From NCBI RefSeq assembly GCF_006345805.1, contig NC_043009.1, positions 69,688,001-69,752,000 on the forward strand: DNA of 64,000 nt, written 5' to 3'. The DNA comes from Octopus sinensis. Its lineage: Eukaryota. The first letter of the stretch is position 1, and every line of letters starts with the position of its first letter. The notes beneath the pieces are model-generated. The model saw only the letters and a list, made by a program, of their open reading frames with translations, searched no databases and was not told the DNA's origin. The position numbers and the translations under genes were made by a program. Positions 25,602-34,506 of this stretch are shown here, piece after piece.

Positions 25602-26551
25602 ATGAACATCCGTATTCAGTACACTAAACACGGCGTGAACGAAGCAGTGTTATTGCTAGTTGCACCGGGAATACAATTAACTTTATCTAACAATAGATTC
25701 CAAATTCTGTACTCATATTCAGGCATGTAATATAATTTGCAAATGTATTCATGACAAGGGCCATTTCGCTGAAACTGTACTATTATAGATTGTAATTTTC
25801 ATTCTCGAACATGTAAATACTTCACATCACTTTGTTCAGTCTTTGCATTAGATACGAGAGGATTGGAACGAGGTCATGCTTAATTGATAGTAATTAGAGC
25901 CTAAATGCCGCTTGATATTTATCTTTCGAGTTTACTTTACAAAAGTGTAGAGAACAGGAGCGATAATTAGTGAAGATAAGACTATACGAAATATAATAAT
26001 TCTTAAATATGTTATTGTAAGACGCTCGCACAAAATACATTTTACTCATGTTTCTAGTTCTGTAAATCGAAACGAAGAAAAAACCAGTCTACAAAAAATA
26101 AAAAAGATGTTTTATTCAATGGTAATGTAGATTTAGATAAATGATCACAGGGATTACTTCTTGAGTTCCATCCTAGTGTAAGGGCCGATTAGAAAGTAAC
26201 TTTGGACGATATTCTATCTACTCTGATTTTAAATCCCATCATAACCTGAGTAGGTGGTGCGCTTAGCAACAATTTAAGAAACACTCAGCTGTTTTTTTCA
26301 TTTTATCAACAAATTCTCAACTGAAGAGATTATTGGCTCTTCCTGTGCTTATGTATTTATTGTCCGATGGCAATATTCCTGAAAATGTAGCCAACCAACC
26401 ATTCTTTCTATTGGAAATTATGTCTTCGCAACTGAAATCGTATAATCTGTTGGTAAAAGTTATGTTCGGCCTATAACTGCATCTTCATTCGGGTGCAGCA
26501 GAAATTCATTGTCTTCAAAACAAGGGACAGAAGCTTTTTAATCATTTTGTA

Positions 26552-26603
<52 letters not shown>

Positions 26604-27094
26604 GTCTGTCTGTCTGTCTGTCTGTCTCCTCTCTCTATCCACACACACATGTATGTGTGCGTGTGTGGGTGTCTATACATATGTGTATATGTGTGTTCTA
26701 CAAGTGTTCCTCGAAATCAGTGACATGTGGGTTATATGATGGTTTACTTCTGGTTTTAAATTTGTGCTTCATATCTTCTATTATTCAGATTAAGTAACCC
26801 TCTGACAACCCTTTTCAAAATGGTAAGCCTTCAGTCGCATTCTTCGTATAAACGCATTGGTTTTTGTCAGTTAGAGTCTTTAAGAACTCCTTTTTTTATG
26901 TGAAAGTGGGATATCCTTGAGAGAAACGTCACTTTTTCCCCCATTTGAGTAATTTGTCCCAAGTCAACAATAAGGCAATTATATTTAAACATCAGAATAA
27001 AGATTTACTAATAAGAAATTATCAAGCCCGGCAAAATACATCTCTTAAGATCTCTGCTAATACAAATATACCAGGTTAAAATTGTTTTTTTGAC

Positions 27095-27248
27095 TGGTAT
27101 AGAGTTCCAGGTAATCCTAAGGTGAGATTTCTGTGGAAGAGCGTAGGCTCGAAACGTTAAAGACTTTTTCACTTCCGAGCGTTAAACTAATACATCTGTT
27201 TGTTGTCTACACCACCTGTCTTCGTCTTTTGTTTTTTGTAAATTCTCC

Positions 27249-27250
<2 letters not shown>
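27095..27250 (+). mobile_element. Solo Penelope-like terminal repeat
   Basis: Aligns with the terminal segment (57503-57630) of the GIY-YIG-bearing element at 57503-58648. Confidence 0.8.
27126..27164 (+). ncRNA. Hammerhead-like motif, non-canonical A6U
   Basis: GAUUU-CUGUGGA-A-GAGC(GUAG)GCUC-GAAAC-GUU^AAAGAC; homologue at 57591-57629. Confidence 0.35.
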
Positions 27251-27297
<47 letters not shown>

Positions 27298-27430
27298 ATA
27301 TATATATTATATATATCATGCAAGTGCGTGCATATGTGTGTGTGTGAATCTCGAATGGCTGTTTGTGGAAAATTATCTGAAAGAGATGATTCAGTACAAT
27401 CAGGTAATATAATAAGAAATTGCTGCCTAC

Positions 27431-27583
27431 CTTTTTGTTCCGAAATAAATTTAGCTTTAAATCCACGAAAATGTGCTTTATCATTTGTAATGAATGTTAT
27501 ATACATTTTTCTGCCTGTGCTGATAAATTCGGGGGTGTCACTTCCGCACCACGACCCTAGTTTGGGGCTACGTGGAGTGCCAC
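27431..27583 (-). CDS. CUB-domain protein, exon C (C-terminal third of the CUB domain)
   Basis: ttactttcttgtag|GT GGC ACT ... CAA AAA G|gtaggc. 153 bp, phase 1 to 1. Translates GGTPRSPKLGSWCGSDTPEFISTGRKMYITFITNDKAHFRGFKAKFISEQK, with the CUB motifs L-G-x-W-C-G, S-T-G-x-x-M-x-I-x-F and G-F-x-A-x-F. Exons A+B+C give a full four-cysteine CUB domain. The gene cannot be named from one domain. Confidence 0.92.
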
Positions 27584-28633
27584 CTACAAGAAAGTAAGAA
27601 ATAACAAATTAGCTTATTTATTTTGCTATCGATCAAGAAGCGAATTGTTAAATTTGTGAACCCGACCATATCAGTCTGGCCATCAGACTTCCAAGATTTC
27701 GGTCTTGTTTGGCTGCTCTTGTTCGCTGATACAATCACGGATAAGATATCGAACGGGCGGTGACGTATTTAGTTAAAAGGCTTTCTTACAGGTTAAGATC
27801 GCAGACTTAAAATCATCGCAGCTAATTTTGTTGAGGTAAAAATATCACAGGTAATTTTATTGCGACGTGGTTACAACGCGACATGATAACAGAGTGAGGC
27901 AATACATCTTTGGTGAGATCAGTTCCAGGATTTCTCTCGACAGAATAAATATATCACGAAACAATGAAGTTATTTTTTATTTTCCCGAGAGTAAATGCTT
28001 TTCATATCATTGCTAATGAAAAATAAATTCGCAAGCAAAACTTATGGCTGTCAAATTTTCTCAATATTAGCAAGAAAAAAAAAAGTAAAAGATACTTTAA
28101 GAAATGAAATGGTAAAAATTGTTGATAGAATATAACATTTCAAATTTTAGAAGGAAAAATGCATTCTTAAATAATTTAGAATGTTACCATTTTGACATTC
28201 AGTGACGACGAGTTAAATTTTTGCTGTTCCGTCTTCTGTCGTTTTTGATATCTTCATCTGTCGCTGGACGTCTTTCGTTTTGTTCGTTGTTCTTTCAGAA
28301 AAAAATTGAAAAAAACTTCCTAATCGCTGGATGAATTTCTATCTTCATGTTTTGTGTGTGTGTTGTATGTGTGTTTTTGCGCTTGAGTCAATGTACACAC
28401 CCACACACACACAGATACACACATACACAGTTGTATAACAGTCTTTCTGTTTGTCTCTTATCATTTCACAATTGGTGTCTGCTTGTTTATGAATCCGTAA
28501 CTTAGCAGCGAAAAGGGTAGAACAGCAGCATCAGAGAGTAAACAGGTAGACACACATGATTGATTAACTTCGTCGCATGTCCAATGGCTGGAACATGTAA
28601 AACATACAAACAAACAAACACACACACACACAC

Positions 28634-28694
<61 letters not shown>

Positions 28695-28736
28695 GAAGAC
28701 ATGAATAGATATGAAGTGTGCCGAGCAATCCCTTAC

Positions 28737-28861
28737 CGTCGTATACATGAACAACATCCTTAGAACAGTCAGTAGAATTCTCCATTTCTGTATCAAGCAC
28801 CTTTAGTTTAACAATTTCCAGAGCATCATCTGTTGTGATTAACCAGTTACAGGATAAACTA
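28737..28861 (-). CDS. CUB-domain protein, exon B (middle of the CUB domain)
   Basis: gatcttttgcag|T AGT TTA TCC TGT AAC TGG ... TAC GAC G|gtaagg. 125 bp, phase 2 to 1. Translates SLSCNWLITTDDALEIVKLKVLDTEMENSTDCSKDVVHVYD(G), matching C-x-W-x-I ... E-x-x-x-x-C-x-x-D-x-V-x-V-Y-D-G. Visible inside ORF-track entry 28564..28875. Confidence 0.92.
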
Positions 28862-28973
28862 CTGCAAAAGATCACAGAAATAACAAAACGATCATATCGT
28901 TATCTTTTTAGAGAGAGTGATACAATATATATATATATTATTTTATTATTTATTTATTTATTATTTTTTTTTA

Positions 28974-29249
28974 CGACCAGGCTATCAGATGTTGCTACAC
29001 ATCGCTGGTCACAATGCGCTTCGCATTGTTTTAGCCTTCAAATGACGCCACCCCGCTGGCTAAGTGAGCAGGCCAACAGAAGAAAGAGTGAGAGAAAGTT
29101 GTGGCGAAAGAGTACAGCTGGGATCGCCCCCCCCTGCCGAAGCCTCGTGGAGCTTTTAGGTGTTTTCGCTCAATAAACACTCACAACGCCCGGTCTGAGA
29201 ATCGAAACCGCGAGTCCGCTTCCCTAACCACTGGGCCATTGTGCCTCCA
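28974..29249 (-). mobile_element. SINE family A, tail type 1 (intronic)
   Basis: Aligns with 714-1020; lies in the intron between CUB exons A and B. Confidence 0.9.
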
Positions 29250-29253
29250 TATA

Positions 29254-29287
<34 letters not shown>

Positions 29288-29320
29288 CATATATTTATAT
29301 ATAACAATATTTATATATAT

Positions 29321-29362
<42 letters not shown>

Positions 29363-29379
29363 GTATTGATATTCAGAAG

Positions 29380-29898
29380 ACCGAAGATGGCAGATAAGGC
29401 TATGTAAGTGGTACCGGAGGACCGTAGTTAGACTCTCGGTTCGATAATAATACGTGTAAGGAATCTAATGCGGGTTGTGTCTGAGTATGTATGTATATGT
29501 TAAATGAAATGAGACACAAGGCTGTGTGGAATTTATAGGTCATTTATAAAGAGAAAGGTAGCCTTACAGCTGTTTCTGGGATATTAGGGATATCCCTTCA
29601 TCAAAGACGATATGACAGAGTTTACTAGAGGGAAACAATAGAGTTCAATATGAGGAGTTATGAGGAAGTATAAAGGAAAATAAGAGAATAAAAAAGAAAA
29701 TAAAAGTAAAAATAGAAGATGTTAGAGTTGCAGTTGCATTATCCAAGGAAAGTGGTGTGTAGAAATGGTAGAAAGTCTTCATGTCCATGGTATGTAGATT
29801 CCAATAGGAGTTCATATTTTGTTATTACGAGTAGATAGTATCCGACGCACTGCATAAGGTTATCGGTGGTGTTCCTTCTTCTGTGAACACACTTCATG
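29380..29898 (-). mobile_element. Penelope-like 3' terminal remnant carrying a hammerhead motif
   Basis: Pyrimidine-rich 3' UTR-like stretch followed on the minus strand by TTGATGAAGGGATA...TATCCCAGAAACAGCTGTAAGG, a typical PLE terminus. No convincing coding remnant. Confidence 0.55.
29561..29608 (-). ncRNA. Minimal type I hammerhead ribozyme candidate (C3U)
   Basis: GUCU-UUGAUGA-A-GGGAUA(UCCCUAA)UAUCCC-A-GAAAC-AGCU-GUA^AGGC: 6-bp helix II, palindromic ACAGCUGU helix III, 4-bp helix I. Confidence 0.6.
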
Positions 29899-29977
29899 TA
29901 TCAGGCCGCCGAATAAAACGTAAGCAACGTTTTGAAGCATGAAATTCATCACAATGTATTTCATCAATGCGGAAATG

Positions 29978-31006
29978 TTATTCACCAAAGTAAGTGTCAT
30001 TAAAATCAACATATTTTTGCCAATGAGATACAAGTTTCTTTATTCCGGTAAAATAAAAATCTGGAGTTCTGGAGCTGATGGACTCTTTGAACGCACTTTC
30101 AGCATCGGTTTAACTTTTGAACTCCGTCTCTTTCAGGAAACCATCAAGGTTCTTGAAAAAGTGGTAGTCGGTAGGGGAAAGGTCTGGGGAATAAGCTGGG
30201 TGGGGAAGAACTTCGTAACGAAGATCTCTCAACTTCTGGAGCGTCATTAGTGAAACGTGTGGTCGACCATCGTTATGAAGAATGATTGCCCCTCTTCTGT
30301 TGACCAGTCTGGAGCGGAGGAGTCGCAGTTTTTCGTTCATTTTGGAAATTTCATGGCAATCTGTTTCTGCAGTAATGGTTTTTCCGACGTTTAAGAAATT
30401 ATAGTGGATGAGTCCAGCAGTACACCACCAAATAGTCACCATAACCTTGCTTTTGAAGAGCTCGGGTTTAGGGACGGTTTTCGGTGCTTCATTTTGCTCT
30501 AACCATTGCGAAAAACGTTTTTATTTATTGTACAGAATCCACTTTTCATCGCAAGTTACAATACGGTCGAGCAATGTATTGGTCTGGTTACGGAGAAGCG
30601 ACGAGCAAATTTCATATCTGCGCATTTTCTGATTTTCATTAAAATCGTTTGGTACCCATTTGTCGAGCTTTTTTGATTTCCCGATCACATGCAAATGGTC
30701 GCAGTCAGTTTTCTGGCTAACTTGAAGTTCTATTGCCAGTTCTCGAGTGGTTTTACGTGGATCTTTCTCCATGACGGTCTTTAATTTACTGTCATCGATA
30801 ACAGACTGGCGGCGTCTATTTTGCTCACGATCTTCAAGGCTCAGGTCTCCACTGCGAAATCGTTAAAACCATTTTCGAGATGACCACTCACTGGTCATTT
30901 CCTCACCAAAAGTTTCGTTGATATCGCGAGCAGTTTCAGCTGCTTGACATCGTTTTTTGAAGTTGAATAGCAAAATTGCTCGAATATCGTGCTTTGACAG
31001 TTCCAT
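29978..31006 (-). pseudogene. Mariner transposase pseudogene
   Basis: ATG at 31006 to TAA at 29978 in one frame (343 codons), with three in-frame stops (30863-30865, 30521-30523, 30110-30112). Motifs KWVP, RIVTCDEKWILY, MVTIWW, LHNDGRPH (DN swapped) and HPAYSPDLSPTDYHFF. Confidence 0.92.
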
Positions 31007-31026
31007 TTCAGATGATTGTCACAACG

Positions 31027-32228
31027 ATTTGTTTATTGCCCACAGGATGGGGGGGACTAAACATAGAGGGACGATATAAAAATGGACAAAAACACAAAAG
31101 TGAGGCGGGAAAATAAACGAATGAGAACGATAGTATAAAAAAATGAATGGTTGAAATGGAGGTCACTCGGACCCCACAATCCAAGTGACTTCATTGAAAC
31201 GTTTTTTAAAAACAATCATTTAATCATCTCTTAATACGTCCATCTTTTAAAGGTACGTAATAGCTTACCGTTGACTTCAAGTCCCCTAGTATCTATTTCC
31301 TTTTGAGAGATGCCTACATTTGTCCCTCAAGCCTCTCTTAATCTTTGCCAGTTCTTTCTGTCCATGGATTTACATGAGACGGCACTGCCTCACACCCTTC
31401 GTCCATATTGTTTATTTCCTCGCACAATTCCTTTATTGATTTATTGTAGAAAACAATGCAGCTTTTTGCACAGGATGGCGGTTCAGTGCACTTGTGTGTT
31501 TGTTGTTATAGTCTCAGTGTCTGGTGGGGTAGGGTGACGGTTGGTGTCTGCAGAACACGTCTTCCAAGGTAAGTAGGCAGAAGTATTACCTCGTCCGTTT
31601 TCAGGGAGGCTTCAGAATGTTGCCTGGCCTTCTCCTCGGATGCAAATCGCATCTCAACAGTAGCGTATTTTCTCCCTCTGGCAAGGTCGGTGACATCCTG
31701 CCAGATGGGTCTCAGAGCCTTCTCTACATGTAGATTTGTCACTATTTCCAATTTCCTTGCCTCCCGACTATACGTTCTGTATATTACTGTCTTTCTTTGT
31801 GTGTCCCTTGCAACTTCACTACCTCGTACCCCTCCCTTCGCAGGATTTCTTTATACTTTTTACGGCTGCCTTCTTAAAACAAATTTCTTCATCTTTTTCC
31901 TCAGTCGCAGCTGCAAAATTAATTTTTTTTCGACCTTCATCTTTTCAATCTTCTGGTCTGCAATTTCCAAACCTTTCAGAAATTCCTCCTCAGACGTTGT
32001 TACGTCTGAATAATTCAAATCTTCATACATTATGAAAAAAAAACAACAACAAATAATGCACATCCCCTTTCAAACAAGGGGGACAACGTTAACAAAACTG
32101 CCGTAAGGCAGCAAAAACAAGTGTCTCAAGACACAACAATCAATAACCAATACAATTCCAATTTAACAATCCCTCACCAATCTTTCGAACGACGCACAAA
32201 CAAAAGTCACGACCAAATCGGTCGTCAG
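31027..32228 (-). mobile_element. Non-autonomous or internally deleted L1/Tx1-like element (5' UTR, ORF1 N-terminus, 3' end)
   Basis: 17-bp TSD AGATGATTGT(C/A)ACAACG at 31010-31026 and 32229-32245. ORF1-like RRM segment TVIYRTYSREARKLEIVTNLHVEKALRPIWQDVTDLARGRKYATVEMRFASEEKARQHSEASLKTDEVILLPTYLGRR. No RT recognisable. Tx1 ORF1 assignment is from recall. Confidence 0.75.
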
Positions 32229-32736
32229 AGATGATTGTAACAACGGTGACAAAACAAAATCATTGCTAATTTTTTGGTGCATTTGGGCAAGTCTATGTCT
32301 GTATTACCAGACAATTACAAAAATGTTTAAAAGAATTAAAATCTCTGCAAAAATCCTGAACAAATTCTTCATGGTTCAAAACGTTGCTTAGTTTTTATTC
32401 AACCTGAGAGTAAACATTTCGTGAATAGCGAAATAGTGAGAGTACTTTGAGTCAAGAAACTTTTCAGTATATGATAGGAGGGGACACAGCAAAGTAGTAA
32501 TTCCGTCGTACAAGACTTAGTCTGGATGGTATCCGTGTTCTTAATGTTTCCTAGATTTTTAAGAAGATTGTAATCACCAGGCAGCCATTTGTCAGTCGTT
32601 GCTCGCAAAAATACAATGGAAATGCCACTCTGTTGTGTATTGTGTGTGCGCGAGTGTGCTTGCATGCAGGAGTGTGTGCATGTGTGGAGTATATATATCA
32701 GATAAGACAGAAAACAATTAAGCTAGAATTACTTAC

Positions 32737-32830
32737 TCAAGGTAATTGTCTGGATAATAAGGAGAAGTAATTGTTTGCCAGCTGTAAGGATGAGACGTAT
32801 ATGACGTCGTGGCTGTACAGATTTTGCTAC
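32737..32830 (-). CDS. CUB-domain protein, exon A (first third of the CUB domain)
   Basis: Minus strand reads ttttgtgtttgcag|GT AGC AAA ATC TGT ... TAC CTT GA|gtaagt, with a canonical acceptor and donor. 94 bp, phase 1 to 2. Translates (G)SKICTATTSYTSHPYSWQTITSPYYPDNYL(D), containing the CUB C1 cysteine and the I-x-SP-x-YP-x-x-Y motif. Joins exon B in frame. Confidence 0.9.
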
Positions 32831-34314
32831 CTGCAAACACAAAACAAATATTACCATTATAAATACATCATTAATAGAGAGTTAAAAATAATTAGTGTCA
32901 TAGTAATTCACATCAAGGACAGTGGAGACAACTTCGAATTTAAATATATCAAATCCATAGCGAGGAGAAAAACATTACATCTATGATTAATTCGGCAGGG
33001 AAAATAACCCCCGATTATGGATTTATTAAGATTAGCAATAAGAACTAGAAGTCATTTAAAAAATATCGAGGTTTCCCATCCTTGACTTTATGATCCTAAG
33101 TCACTCATTCAAGTGACAGACTTTTTTCTCTCATTCGTACGTGTGTATTTCTAATTCATTTACATTTATTTCATCGCTACATTGAATACCTCAGTTCTCG
33201 CTTTGCTGTTAATTCATCGTACAGCAGGCGTCCCTGGGCAATATTGGCCACCATCACCACCACCACCAGTAATTGTATTCCATTCTCAGATGACAACCAA
33301 AGTGATTCGCTGTATACAGATGATCTACGTTTTTAAATTTAGCAGCTCAGGCTACTTGACATCTGCTTGGGGATCTTTAAATATCACAAAGTTATGTTGT
33401 GCAAAGTAAATACAAATCCGTCAGGTTCTTACAAATGTAATAACATGGCGATCTGGAAACTCTCGATGAACCGAAAATTAGTCCAATTCGCAGACGAATC
33501 TTCCTCAAGAGGTGCTTAAAAGCTAAAGCAGCAAGCAAAGACAATAATGTCAATACAAACTAGATCTGATATTTGAAGTTATTAAAGAAGTATTTTGATG
33601 TTCAAAGAAAATGATTCGAAGGAAATTTGACTGACCATTCTTGTTAGTCGAGCGCCCGCATGGCGGCTCCATCGTTATGTAATTCCTGAAGAATGTAAAG
33701 AAGTATACAACAACAGAGTCAAATTACCCTGAAATCGTTTGGTGCTCACCTCATAACGAATAAGAAATATTTAACCAACACGAATAAATATATAAAAAAA
33801 AAATACAAAAAACACAGAAGAAACAGAACTCATCACCAAAAACGGTTTTATCTTTTGGGATTAGGATGAAATAATAATGTTTACCAGAACTGTTCGTACT
33901 ATAACATGTTCTGCTCTCAGAACTTTGCCGACATTTATTCAAATGTAATTGTCTCCCATAAAGCTGCTTTACAAAATGACAGTAGCAAAGTTTGCAATAT
34001 TGTTATTGATCTCCACTTAGCTATCTCGCAAAAGACTCACTGTAACAATTCTTACAAATGTAGAGAGATGTTCAGTTTTTACAGAGAACATTGCATTGAT
34101 ACCTGTTATTCCCATGTCTTCACGAAGTGTTCACTCACTCTTCTCATTTAATTCCTCGCCAAATATTTTGTTTTGTTACGTTTCAGGTGTATCTGTTCAT
34201 TTGTTTCGTCCCTCTCTCTATTTTCTACTTTATGACTTGCTTCTCATAACATTTCTTATTTAAAATATTGTTTACCTACCAACACGTGTGCTTCTTAGCA
34301 AACATAACAGACGA

Positions 34315-34506
34315 ATTCTGTTGTGTCTGGGGAGAGTCATTTTCTTTTTGTGCCTTATAATATAAAACACTCACTGGTAAAATTTCCACTTTTTTTCTTA
34401 TTTTTATTCTCCTAAAATTTTCGTTGCGTCTTGCAACCTTTTCAATAGTTTTGACTCTCTCTATAAGGCACAAAAAGAAAATGACTCTCCCCAGATTCAA
34501 CAGAAT
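34315..34506. repeat. 45-bp inverted repeat with a 102-bp spacer
   Basis: 34315-34359 and 34462-34506 are reverse complements at 43 of 45 positions. Confidence 0.85.

Larger units (their letters stand above)
29901..32407 (-). mobile_element. Mariner transposon 2 (cecropia/Hsmar1-like), interrupted by a LINE derivative
   Basis: TIRs 29901-29943 (TCAGGCCGCCGAATAAAACGTAAGCAACGTTTTGAAGCATGAA, after TA) and 32368-32407 (TTCATGGTTCAAAACGTTGCTTAGTTTTTATTCAACCTGA). Length about 1288 bp after removing the insert, typical of mariners. Confidence 0.93.

Noticed and set aside
31027-31095. Independent SINE C fragment inserted next to the mariner
   Set aside because: It lies inside the 17-bp TSD that encloses the Tx1-like element, so it is better read as that element's own 3' end.
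32408-32640. Continuation of the Penelope remnant beyond the mariner
   Set aside because: No PLE motif could be read across the reconstructed empty site.
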